Positions 26,366-55,172 of a stretch of 64,000 nucleotides of DNA are shown here, piece by piece. Both the position numbers and the translations under genes were made by a program. The notes under the pieces are model-generated. The model was not told the origin of the DNA. It did not search any database and saw only the letters and a program-made list of their open reading frames with translations. The first letter of the stretch is position 1. Each line of letters begins with the position of its first letter. The DNA comes from Macrostomum lignano (taxonomy: Eukaryota): the NCBI GenBank assembly GCA_002269645.1, contig NIVC01002448.1, positions 14,304 to 78,303 on the forward strand. The letters are read 5' to 3'.

Positions 26366-29300
26366 ATGGCTGAAGGAGGTTTCGATGAAATACGAGTAAT
26401 TTGATTTATTTTTGTTCCTTGATTGTCTAGTCAACATGCTAGAAAATAGAACTGACATTGATACATTTAATTTTGCAGAAATTGGTCGAGTTAGTCAACA
26501 AAGGTGACTTCCAACAGATAGTGCACTTATTGAAAGCAAGTAAGAAGAAGACTGTCCTCATGCATTTGGCCGAAACTGCTCAGCAGAGATCGGCCGGAAC
26601 AGAAAAGTGCGTAATGTACTTATTTGCTCAGAACTTTGACCCTTTTGCAACGACCGGGCTGGCGACACGGCTGCTCACCTGGAAGCCAGAGCTGACAACC
26701 TCCAGATTCTTGTACTGCTGCCGTTCGAGAGCAAGTGGCTGCAGAACGAGCAGGGCGCGACCCCCTTGATGGAAGCGGTTCGGGCTGATTCGTGGAGGTG
26801 TGCCAAGCACCTGTTGCACCAGCTGCGGCAATCTAAGTACAATGAATGCCTGAGTAAAGGAAACTCCAAGAGAGAGCAGCTTTTGGGACTGAAAGACAAA
26901 CACGGTCAAACAGCGTTTTCACTCGCCAAAGGTGCCATAGCCAATCTCATTGAACGGTTAGTTGTTTGTACTACTGATAGATAGATGTAAATGTTGAAAT
27001 CATCAATAATAGTCACACTTTCAGTCACAAATTAAATTCAGAGAGATGAGACTCGTCTTTGATAAGTACGGTTTGATCAGCGGTCTGACTAGTGAGGTGA
27101 GTGCCTGACAGGTGGGGTGATAAAAGGACAGGCCTTACTGCACCGCATTCTCCACTGCAGGAGCAGGCAGATCGGCAGAGGCTGGAGCAGCTGGCTCAAG
27201 CTGGTGACTTCGAGGGCCTGCTTAGAGCTGCCAATCGTGACAACTGCGACCTGCCTGACCCTAATGGATTCACCGCAGCAATGTGGGCCGCCAACAATAT
27301 CAACTGCAGCAACACGGATTTGTGGCAGAAGCTGCTGTCACGGGCAGACCCAACATGCGCCTCTACTGCGTCGTTGAGCTGCCTGCATGTGGCAGCTCGC
27401 AGCGACAACTCGGACGCCGTTTTCGCCCTAATAGACGCAGGAGCCTCCGTAAATTTTCAGGACATCTATGGCAACACGCCTCTCATGGCGGTCGCCGTAG
27501 AACCTCCTGCACCAGCCTTAGAGGTCGGGAGCATCCTGCTGGGGAGAGGTGCCGATTGGAGCCTGAGGAACGAGTATGGCAGAACTGCATTGGATTTGGC
27601 GCAATTCAAAGCCGAGGCATTTCAGCTGGCAGAGATGCTCGCCAAGTGAGTCAGGAGATTAGACTTCCATTCGAACTGTCAAGTGGGATCGCTATAAGAA
27701 GTAAATTATAAATAAGAATGCGTTCAGCTTGCAGATCATAGAAAGAATTGTAATTTTTAGTAAGCCAGTATCATGGCGCCTGGAAACAGAGTCAATGTCT
27801 GCTAAATTTCAGATACGACGGCACGCCGTATTTTGAAGTGGACTGCAAAGCGCCTGTAAGTCGCTCTTGTTAATCTCTTGCAGATATTTGCCAAACCCCA
27901 CAGCCAGGAAACTGACTCAATTAGCTATCGTCCTAAGAAACTTGAGAGTAGGAATGAAAGCGCATTTGTAGGTTTAAGACCACAATAAATTCCGTAGGGA
28001 AAGCAAAAATCATTTTGTGCTCATTCGAGTTTTAGGGGCTACAAAACGAAACTAGCCGAATAGTCTCTAACTGGAATCCGCAGACCGACTCAATGGGCCC
28101 AGTCAAGCTCAGCATCCCAGAAGCCGAGACAGATGCAACTTGTTGCTTTCAATTTGTTCGAGACAGCTACAGCTACAAAGACTCAACTGGGAGTGGAGCG
28201 AAATTTTCCGGTGATATTTTCAATCTGAATGTGGTGAAGAAAAATGATGACTCCAGCGTCGGTCCAGTGTCATTCAGCGTTGCTGAAGGCGGAGCTTTCG
28301 TCATGCCTCCAAAGATTCTTCTCGTTGTCGGCTTAGAAGACTCGGGATTGACCGAGTTTATTAACGGAATCGCCAATGCATTCTACAGAGTTCCGTATTC
28401 CCAAAACTTCCGGTTCTGGCTGGCTCAAGAAAGAGGTGAAAGAGACATAATTGTGTACACATTATTCCCTGTGAACACTGGCGGTGCCGATGGAAGCTGC
28501 AGGAGCGCTATGGACACCCCGCTGACACTTATCGTTGCGCCAGAATTTAGAAACAGACTAAACCCGAACGAGGGAGATCAAATTCATAAGAAAATCGCAG
28601 AGGTGCTCGGCGATGGAGGAACTTCTGCAGTGCCAGGCGTCACCGGACTGTTGCACGGCATTTGCTTCGTCCTGAAGGCATCGCAATACAAACGTACCGA
28701 TTCTCAGATAACCGTTTTTAAAGAAATTACGTCACTGTTCGGCGAGGAAATCGAACAGATCTCGCTGCCAGTTTTGACTTACACTGGAGGATATGCGAAT
28801 TTTGCACACCCCGATCTCAAAGACGGCAACGTGGCATACAGAAAGTTTTTCAAGTTCAATAGTGGAGTTCTGTACTCTGATAATGTCGACAGTGGTAGCT
28901 CGAAGCGGGATTCAAATCTCTCGTTAAAAACAAAACTAGAAGAGAAGATGCAGCTGGATGCAAAGGCGAGAGCCTGGGATGAGGATGAGCACAGTTACCT
29001 TGAGCTGTTTGAAGCGATGGAAAAGACACGAATCGGTGTGCGTCTCCGATCGAAGCAAAAAGCCAAAGACAGCCCAAGTAATCCAAGACAACTCGAGGTT
29101 TCCCTTGCACTCCTGATGAAGGAGCTGACAGAAACCTTGGAAAAACTTGCCATATTTGAGAAGGAGCTAGAGCTAGTCAGTAAAACAGCTGGCAACCCAG
29201 GCAAAACTAAATTCCTGGTGAAAATAATGCAAAACTCAAATTCAGAATTGCCCAGAAACCAAGTTGCTATAAATTGCAAAAAGTGCAACATGACGTGCTG

Positions 29301-29787
29301 CATTTTGGAGCGATCGGCACATTGGAGAGATCAGCCACAGCAGGAAATCGACTGCACAGCCTGCCCAGGAGGTTGCAGTCTCTCTGAGCATAAGCCAGGC
29401 AAGAAATATTTAGAAACCGTCGAGAAAGAAGAAGAGAGGACAGCGGAAACCATCACACGGCGGTATCCCGGTAAACGGCGTAGAAAGCAGGTCGAAAGCC
29501 GTCTCAAAGTCGATATAGACGAACACAGGGAGCACTTATCAAACAGCTTAGTAAAAATGCACAAATGCATGCAAGTTCTTGAGCAGCTGGCCCATCGCCA
29601 GTACCTGCTAAGCACTGCCGATGAGTACGTTGAAGAGTTGATAAATAAGCAAAAGCAAGAAGAGCAGCGAGACTGGCAGACTCGGGCGAGGCTTCTGCGA
29701 GACGCCAAGAAATCAGTGGAAGAAATCACCCAGATTCGAGCCAGCGGGGCAGCGGGAGGAGCAATAAAGAAAGCTGCAGAAGAATGA
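26366..29787 (+). CDS. Ankyrin-repeat protein fused to a degenerate septin/AIG1-like GTPase, Cys cluster and coiled coil (~931 aa)
   Basis: Exon model 26366-26395, 26479-26956 (needs +1 nt at TTTT 26643-46), 27042-27096, 27161-27645, 27813-27855 (or 27884-27947) and 28084-29787; phases are consistent. Ankyrin motifs GDTAAHL, GATPLMEAV, GQTAFSLA, GNTPLMAVA and GRTALDLA. The last exon has KILLVVGLEDSGLTEFINGIAN, LTLIVAPEF, FFKFNSG and NCKKCNMTC..CTACPGGC..EH, paralogous to the 18512 gene. Confidence 0.7.
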
Positions 29788-30451
29788 ACCAAATAAGCTG
29801 CCGCCGCTAATTAAGGAGTTTAATTTACCCATGATAAAGAGGATACTTATAATTTTTTTGCGTCTGATGCTTGGCAGATGAAATGGCCGGAATAAGGTCT
29901 TCTTTAGTATGAACAATCGCACGCTGTCACTCTGAAAAGTTTGCCGTATTGACTCTTGACCTGCCTTAATTTAGGATTTGCTATTGAGACCTGGTGTTTT
30001 CGTTGTAAAAAGACATTCAGTATCCTGAGTTCAGAATCATTTTTCAAAAGTTCAAAATGAACTTTCCAGAGTTTTGACCAGACAGCTATCCTTCCTAAAG
30101 ACTAATTTTTGACAATGACTACGTCATCGTTTTTTACCACACTGACAGCTTTTGTACAGTTTGAAATTTGTTACATTAACAAACGACAATATCCCAGCTG
30201 TTGTTTGGTCTCAGTCATCATCATTTATCTTTTCTTGGATCTAATCCGCAAATTTCTAACAATAAATTCGGTTTAGTTTAATCTGTAGAAACAGTATTCT
30301 GCACTACATTATAATAGATTTCTTTGGTTTTTTATTTAAACATTTTCTTTCGTAGTATTCCGCCATTTGATCGTCTAATGAATCAATATGAATGCTCTCC
30401 TGACACATCAAATCACTTCAAAAATATACTTGTAAAAATATAATTTACCCC

Positions 30452-31836
30452 CAGAATCTCACGATTCTTACCCCCATAATCTCACGATTCTTACCCCCAG
30501 AATCTCACGATTCTTACCCCCAGAATCTCACGATTCTTACCCCCAGAATCTCACGTTTCTTACCCCAGAATCTCACGATTCTTACCCCAGAATCTCACGA
30601 TTCTTACCCCAGAATCTCACGATTCTTACCCCAGAATCTCACGTTTCTTACCCCCAGAATCTCACGATTCTTACCCCAGAATCTCACGATTCTTACCCCC
30701 AGAATCTCACGATTCTTACCCCCAGAATCTCACGATTCTTACCCCCAGAATCTCACGATTCTTACCCCCAGAATCTCACGATTCTTACCCCCAGAATCTC
30801 ACGATTCTTACCCCAGAATCTCACGATTCTTACCCCCAGAATCTCACGATTCTTACCCCCAGAATCTCACGATTCTTACCCCAGAATCTCACGATTCTTA
30901 CCCCCAGAATCTCACGATTCTTACCCCCAGAATCTCACGATTCTTACCCCTAGAATCTCACGATTTTACCTCAAGAATCTCACGATTCTTACCCCAGAAT
31001 CTCAGGATTCTTACCCCAGAATCTCAGGATTCTTAACACGAGAATCTCAGGATTCTTACCCCCAGAATCTCACGATTCTTACCCCCAGAATCTCACGATT
31101 CTTACCCCCAGAATCTCACGATTCTTACCCCAGAATCTCACGATTCTTACCCCCAGAATCTCACGATTCTTACCCCAGAATCTCACGATTCTTACCCCCA
31201 GAATCTCACGATTCTTACCCCCAGAATCTCACGATTCTTACCCCCAGAATCTCACGATTCTTACCCCCAGAATCTCACGATTCTTACCCCCAGAATCTCA
31301 CGATTCTTACCCCAGAATCTCACGATTCTTACCCCCAGAATCTCACGATTCTTACCCCAGAATCTCACGATTCTTACCCCAGAATCTCACGATTCTTACC
31401 CCCAGAATCTCACGATTCTTACCCCAGAATCTCACGATTCTTACCCCAGAATCTCACCATTCTTACCCCCAGAATCTCACGATTCTTACCCCCAGAATCT
31501 CACGATTCTTACCCCTCTCACGAATCTCACGATTTTACCTCAAGAATCTCACGATTCTTACCCCAGAATCTTAGGATTCTTACCCCAGAATCTCAGGATT
31601 CTTAACACGAGAATCTCAGGATTCTTACCCCCAGAATCTCACGATTCTTACCCCTAGAATCTCACGATTCTTACCCCCAGAATCTCAGGATTCTTACCCC
31701 CAGAATCTCAGGATTCTTACCCCCCGAATCTCAGGATTCTTACCCCAGAATCTCACGATTCTTACCCCCAGAATCTCAGGATTCTTACCCCCAGAATCTC
31801 ACGATTCTTACCCCAGAATCTCAGGATTCTTACCCC
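30452..31836 (+). repeat. 22/23-bp minisatellite (CCAGAATCTCACGATTCTTACCC) with an internal 6-bp inverted repeat
   Basis: About 60 units, each containing AGAATC-TCAC-GATTCT. Confidence 0.95.
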
Positions 31837-32216
31837 CTAAAATCGTAGAGCGATTAGAATTCGCTGGGGTGGCAACACTGATTACTGTTTTACACTCTCT
31901 GTGCCAATCGATGGTTAATTGGCCCTCCACCAAACCCAACCAGCCAATAATTTTGGCGCACACAAAACCTCCAAAATGACGGTCTGTGACTCCGGAGCCG
32001 CAACCATCTTACGCCATAATCATTGCTCCAAGCAAATTTTCCAAAAGACGCCAAAATCCAGATGTCAGTTTATAAACACGATGAAAACGGCAAATAAATT
32101 GGTCCATTCGTTTAATAAATACAACATAGATAAATATATATATATATTTAGTGACATAAAGGCAAACATGATGAAAGCGTATTCAAATCACTGGGAAATT
32201 CCGCAAGTGTTTTAAT

Positions 32217-48340
<16,124 letters not shown>

Positions 48341-48490
48341 TCACATGAAGTTAAGGATAGAATATTAATTTTTTTATTGAGAGAAATCAATTTAAAAAAG
48401 ATTATAAAAATAAAATACAAGATAAATTATTTCCTAGGAATATAAGCAAGTTTAAAATAAGGCTTTACATATAAAAATATTCATTAATTT

Positions 48491-49296
48491 TGTGACGTTG
48501 TCAGTTTAAGGTGGTCCCGAAAAGGGCCGTTGGACTACTGTTTCTCCATAGTTTCAACCCTTGAGTTTCACCGTTTCAACTAAACTTTTCCATTTGTTTA
48601 TTGCGACGTTTACTTGTAGTAGTGCCCAACGATTTTGTGGCAATTTCTAATTCACTGTATATTTTGCTATCCTCTCTCGCGACCGTATAAAATTGGCACG
48701 ATCGATAATTTTAAGTTCTCTCGCCAGCCAATGAAAGCCGCTCGTGCTTCGCGCTACCCCCTCTGCGCTTCCTTATTAGCCTTCGCCTGGCGGGCTGGGG
48801 GGTTTCACTTCGCCTCTCTTCTCTTCCCTTCTCTCGGCTCGTTCTCGTCCTCGTCCTTGGCCTTGTGTGTGTTTTTGCGGCCTTGTTTTCCTTCTCTCTG
48901 TCTGGCTGCCTCGAGCCTCCTTACCTCACGCCACGACGGACGCCAACCTCGCCACTGCTCATCTGCCTACTGCGTCTCACTGCCTTCACTGTACTCATTG
49001 CCATTGATCATCACGCTACATCGCCACTGCACCGTTCGTCTGTCACTTGACTATCCAATTTATCTTAAAAGAAACCATTGTTGCAGCCGCCAGTGCCCAG
49101 AAAGCCATAGTTTGTTATTTGCCAGTAACAACCAAACTTACTATTTATATTGATAATAAAAACCGACTACGGCAGTTTCCTGCCTTTATTGCCAAGTGCT
49201 CCGCTACACCATCCACTTCGCCTAAGTTGACTTCAACTTATTTTGGGACTAAAACGGCCCTTTTAAGGGTCACGGCCAACATCAAATAACGTGACA
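48491..49296. mobile_element. Solo LTR-like element (806 bp) immediately upstream of the ZNFX1-PARP start codon
   Basis: Termini TGTGACGTT...AACGTGACA (TG..CA), a perfect 5-bp TSD AATTT (48486-90 and 49297-301), and sub-terminal inverted AAAAGGGCCGTT/AACGGCCCTTTT. Confidence 0.75.
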
Positions 49297-49539
49297 AATT
49301 TCTCATTTATATTATGCAATATTCTAGTTTATACAATAGTATTATTTTTTATAACTGATTACATTAAAATTTTGTTTAAATATACAAATACTAAACCTTA
49401 ATACCTATTTGAAATGACAAAAATTAATAAATAATGAAGTAATGAAAAAATTACTTTAAACTTGTTTCATAATAAACATAGTTTCAAATATATTATTACA
49501 AAGGTAATATCATACATGCGCAACCTTGGGAATCACCCA

Positions 49540-49651
49540 GCCGTTTCTATTGGCAACACACACATATAAGTCGCTATTGGCTGAGAGCAGTCATGTGACT
49601 ACTATTCTGTCCCATAGCGACTTACATGTGTGTGTTGCCAATAGAAACGGC
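49540..49651. repeat. Near-perfect 38-bp inverted repeat (hairpin, 36-nt loop)
   Basis: gccgtttctattggcaacacacacatataagtcgctat versus atagcgacttacatgtgtgtgttgccaatagaaacggc, one mismatch. Confidence 0.85.
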
Positions 49652-50177
49652 CAAGTAAATCCCAAGTTTGCACCCAAGCATGGATAAAATTAAAATAGTT
49701 GCTAAAACATATAAAATTTTAGCAATAAAACTCAAATGTGCAGCTCTTAACCTAAGATATATGAAAAGAGAGAGGGTATAAAAAGCAAAAATGAAAACCC
49801 TGTGGGCTTCCTGCAGATAGCTTGCATTGGCATAGGTGTGAGCAGCAATAATTGTACTAAGATATTTCTGGCCTAGATAGCTACACCAAGTAGGCAGATG
49901 ATATGTAGCTGGGTCCCTCACTTCCAAAAATGGGTATAGATGTAGGTTGCAAAAGTGATTATTAGCTCTAATACTCCCAAAAGGCACCTAGTCTTTATTA
50001 GTTGGATAAAAATTATGATAGTCATCTAGATTAGTACACTATACTAATTTTCAAGCCTTGGCTTAGGTGGCATTTGTGTGTTGGCAATGGCAAAGGCATA
50101 GGGGTGACTGGGGGCACAAGTGCATGTGATATATGACTTATTGACTAGATATGAATCTGCGATAGTGTATGCCATAG

Positions 50178-52290
50178 TTAGGAAGGTGTCCCATATTCTA
50201 GAATTTTCTGGCCTACATTAGCCCTACATAGTTCATTGGCATGCATATTTGGTACAAAAGTGGTATAAAAAGCAACTTGAAAATAGGTGCAAGTATCCTC
50301 CAGTTTCTGTAATTACATTAACATTACATTACAACGACGCTAGGGTCGGGGGGCGCTAGCGTGCACACGATTGCAAAAAAGAGGGGCAGGGCAGGTCGCA
50401 GCAGTCTGGGGGGTCAGTCCAATTGCCTCCAGGTCGGCAACAAGTGTCTCCGGGAGCGTCTGGATCCGCCCTTGGCCGCGGCGGAACCATTCGGTCGGCG
50501 GGTGCAGAACGGCCAGTCCGAGCGGGTTGTCGTCATCGCGGGCGAACCACCGCAGGCAGTGTCCCAGCAGGGCCTGGCGGCGCCGGCGGAGGGTGGCGCT
50601 GAGGGACGGAGATTTCGATCTCGCCATCAGCTGGGCCGTCGGGAGGACGGCCGGGTAGCGCACGCCCAGCGCCTTGCGCAGCAGGTTGCGGTGCATCGCG
50701 TCCAGGGCCCGCTCGCGCGTGGTTGTCATCGGGACAGCCTCCATGCCGTAGAGAAGGATCGGCTCTACGGCGGCGCGGGACAGGTGGATCTTCAGGTCGT
50801 CACGCGCTCCGGAGGTGAAGATCGGCCTGAGGTGATGCATGGCGCACAAGGCCTGGGTCTTCCTGTCCATGATGATCGCCTCTGGGCTCATCACGAGGGT
50901 GCCTAGGTAGCGGAAGTCGCTGCACGTTGAGATGGCCTCGCCGTTGGGCAGGGTCAGTGGTGGGGCATTGTCAGCACCCACGTGTAGCACCTCCGTCTTG
51001 CCTGCGTTAATCTGCAGGCCGATCCGAGCACCTTCCTCGGAGAGTTGAGTAAGAGCGTGCTGAGCTGCTACAAAGTCTCGGCACAGCAGCGCGATGTCAT
51101 CAGCGTAGGCGAGGGCTGGGAGCGTCACGGCAGTGTGGCGGGAGCTACTCTGAGGCGCAAGGACAAAGCTGTTGTTATCACGAAGGCAGCGGCGCAGGAT
51201 GTAGTCAACACAACAGCCAGAATGAAAAGCAGGGGAGATAGCGTGTCCCCTTGGAGCACCCGGAAGTGGTATCAAACTCGACCGTAGGGCCATCGCTGGA
51301 ATCAACAAACGCCTTTGAGTTGTGGTACAGGTTCATATCTGCCGTCACCAGGGTGTCGGGGACGCCGTAATGAGCCAGGAGCCAGGCTAAAGCCATCCTG
51401 CTGACAGAGTAGAAGGCCTTCCGGAAGTCAACAAAGACGATAGACACGGCTCGACGACGAGTCTTGCAGGTTTTGACAATGCACTGAATGGCCACAATCT
51501 GCTCCATGGTGGATCTGCCAGGCCTAAAGCCGCTTTGGAGCTCGAGCAGCAGCGAGTTCAGGACAGGGAGGAGCCGATTGCGCAACACTACATTCAGCAG
51601 CTTTGGCAACGTGCACTCCAATGCGATGCCGCGTTGGTTTTCAAGGCTCGTGGAGGTGCCCTTCTTTGGGATAGAGACAATTCTTGAAGTACACCAGAGG
51701 GGGGCAGCTATAGCAGCTGGGTCGCCGCCAAGACAGCAGTACTTGTTCAGGATGCTAGTAATGCTGTCTGTAAGCTCTGACAACTGCAGAACCCTGGAAG
51801 GCACTCGGTCGACTCCATAGGCAGTGTCAGCGTGTATGCTCTTCAGCGCCTTGGTAGCTTTCACAGCAGTGATCGGGCCAGTGTAGAAGTTGCCATGATG
51901 GGCTAGGGTGAAGCTGGCAGAAGGGAGAAGGGGAGATGGGAAAGGGGAAAGGGGAACTAAATACATAAACAATTATTTATTATTAGTTTCTAAAACAAAA
52001 GGTGAAACATTTCAAAGAAATAGGTAAGTAGTTTAAAAGAGGAAATGGGAATGCAAATAAAAAATGAAAATATTAATTGAATGTGATAATGTTTGCTATA
52101 AATATAATGTTTATAAATATTAAATATAACAATAGAAAAAATGTTCTTTATTGTTGCAAAAGAAAAGTAAATTTGCATAATTTTTAAATTTTGGCATATA
52201 TGACAAGTCACATTTCCAATTTTTGGCGTATTTGGTATACACCTAAATTTTTGCCCAAAAAATTCTAGCATACACTGGACACCTTCCTAA
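50178..52290. mobile_element. Non-autonomous TIR DNA element hosting the LINE insertion
   Basis: TTAGGAAGGTGTCC (50178-91) and GGACACCTTCCTAA (52277-90) are perfect 14-bp inverted repeats, followed internally by a further matching CTAGAATTTT. TAG flanks both sides. Confidence 0.5.
50309..51984 (-). mobile_element. 5'-truncated RTE-like LINE retrotransposon (reverse transcriptase region, frameshifted)
   Basis: RT motifs NQRGIAL, QSGFRPGRST, FVDFRKAF, (frameshifted) GVLQGDTLSPLLF, AYADDIALL and FRYLG. It has a (TGTAA)n-like 3' tail and a candidate TSD AGTTTCT at 50302-08 and 51985-91. Confidence 0.9.
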
Positions 52291-53984
52291 TAGTTGATGT
52301 ATATGATTGCTAAAAAGTATAAATAGACAATAGATAATATTTTCCCTTGCTAACTTGGAATTACATTATAAGTATTTTTATTGAAAGAATACTTTTATAT
52401 TATACTACTCTAGATACCAGTAGAAAATATGGTGGAATATAATATACTAATAATTACAGAATATAACTAATAATACAGACAATACAGAAATGATTTCAGT
52501 ATAATACTACTAACTAAACAGAACTTAACACAAAATATGATAATGGCTCTTTTCTAGAGTATTAGAATATCACATAAAGCAGTGTACATGCGGCATGAAA
52601 TCAATCAACAAACGCAATTTTGGTCACCATCTTAACTGTCTCGTCTGTAGTCTGAACTCATTCTACCTAAGATCTGATCTGAACTAATTCTACCTGAGAG
52701 TAATGGATCTGCGATATTTAATACTTTTAGAAGAACAAAACAAGCTTATAAAACCTAATTAAAATCAGCATCTTTGCGCTTAGATTTTGCTAAAGAATCT
52801 ATCTTATCACCACGATAACTCAAAATGTTGAAAACGAAAACTGCTTTTTCAGAAAGAAATAAACTTAAATAACGGACAAAAAATAGCTTGTTTTAACAAA
52901 CTTTAAACAAGATTCTAATACTATCATTGTAAAAGAAGGTTTTATATCTGCAAAAACTAGTTTTTAACTGCTAAAAATTAACATATATGTTTTTTACGTG
53001 TTTCAAACTTCAAAGGTTCATAACGCCGAAAATTTTAAACTTTGAGCGAATTTACATTCAACACGTTTTGTTCGCATAAAAATTTCACGACACGGAATTT
53101 TTAACCGTCGAAATTTCACATTCAAAGGTTTTATCATTTAGATTTTGGTTCTCTCTTTCGTGCAAAAAAACACAGCTGGTTTATATACAAATTGTATGCA
53201 CTCTTAGCTAACTACATGTATTATTACCTGTACATGTACATGTATTCTACACAGCAATCCAACGACATCGGAAACTGGGCCGCTGTCCAAGGACTACTTA
53301 AGTTAGGACGGAAAACTACATACGTTTCTTGGTAAATTTAGGAGGCTGTAGGTTTTACCGTAAAAGACATTAGGGAGATATATAGGTTTTCGTAACTTTT
53401 CAGCACAAAAATTCTTATTGCTTTATGCATGAAAGGAGGCATGACCCAATGTTTTTTGCGGCCTTTCTTTATACATGTACATGTAGCTCGATTGATATTC
53501 ATAGAGTTTTTTATTTATAAAATAAGGATTTTGTGTTTATTTTATATCCTACCCACGTCATGCGCCTCAAATCATAATGGCACAGCGCTCAACTCATAGT
53601 TTTTACATGTACGAGCGCTATATCAGATCTGTTACAATTTTTTCTACGCAGTGAGCTAAGACTGATTGCTGCACGGGCTCGCCTGGCGTTGCTGATCGAG
53701 ACCGATCATCTGCCGCCTTGCCAAAGCAAAACGAATCGGCCTGCATGACAGACTGCGCTGACAGAAATCTTTGGCGAAGAAACCGGCGCTTCGCCGCCAC
53801 CGCCAAAAGCGGCATATCCTATCTAAAGCGGATCGGCACCAGCTTAACGATCCATCCAGCCAACGGATCGGTATAGCGGCAGGTGAGGCAATAATGGAGC
53901 TGCATGGGAGCGGCAGCTGTGACAGCAGATTCAACAGCGTCTGGGGCGCATCTCGGGCACAGGCGACCCTCAGTTACTCAGCAA

Positions 53985-54630
53985 TGCCCCAAACCCCCAG
54001 TGCCCAGCATTCCTTGCAATGACTCAACCTTCAGTTCCTCAGCATTCCCCGCAATGACCCAACCTTCAGTTCCTCAGCATTCCCCGCAATGATACAGCCA
54101 TCAGTTCCTCGATCAGCATTCCCCGCAATGACCCAACCTTCAGTTCCTCAGCATTCCCCGCAATGATACAGCCATCAGTTCCTCGATCAGCATTCCCCGC
54201 AATGACTCAACCTTCAGTTCCTCAGCATTCCCCGTAATGACCCAAACTCTCAGTTCCTCAGCATTCCCGCAATGACCCAACTCTCAGTTCCTCAGCATTC
54301 CCCGCAATGACCCCAACTCTCAGTTCCTCAGCATTCCCCGCAATGACCCAACTCTCAGTTCCTCAGAATTCAACGCTGTGACTCAACCTTCAGTTCCTCA
54401 GCATTCCCCGCAATGACCCGACTCTCAGTTCCTCAGCATTCCCCGCTGTGACCCAACTCTCAGTTCCTCAGCATTCCCCGCTGTGACCCAACTCTCAGTT
54501 CCTCAGCATTCCCCGCTGTGACCCAACTATCAGTTCCTCAGAATTTCCCGCAATGACCCAACTCTCAGTTCCTCAGCATTCCCCGCAATGACCCAACTCT
54601 CAGTTCCTCAGAATTCAACGCTGTGACTCA
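53985..54630 (+). repeat. ~35-bp minisatellite (CTCAGTTCCTCAGCATTCCCCGCAATGACCCAACT)
   Basis: Direct reading. Confidence 0.95.
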
Positions 54631-55172
54631 AGACCAAATTAAAAAACAGGAACTGAGAAGAAAAGCAATTAATAGAATCATTATCACGAATTTTTATTAA
54701 AAAAAGTTGTCAAAACGCATTGCACCGATGTATATTGAAGAATGAGTCGTAAATTTAGCAGACAAAATTTTTTTCGAAATTGCTTTACTGAGAAAAACGA
54801 ATAGAGTTAAACGGAAGGATTTAACAAAATAAAGAAGGAATTTCTTCTTTGGAAGAATATTAGACTCAGCTGGCGATTTCTCAGCCTGTAAATATTGGCA
54901 ATAAATAATTGAATACAAAACCATTTCACGATTAAATACTGACTGACCGCATGCATGCATCACTGTCGAATGCTTTTAACAAACAAAAGTCTGCGTAAGT
55001 TATCAAACACGATTCATAATGATAAATGAGTAAATCTGGATTAAACTTTAACATCGCATGCAAAAAAACGTTTATTGCACTTTTGCAAACTGATATTCAA
55101 TTATCCACCAACCACTTGACTATCAGGATTATTGCACACTACACTCAGTAAGTCAGTAATAGACAGGCCTCT

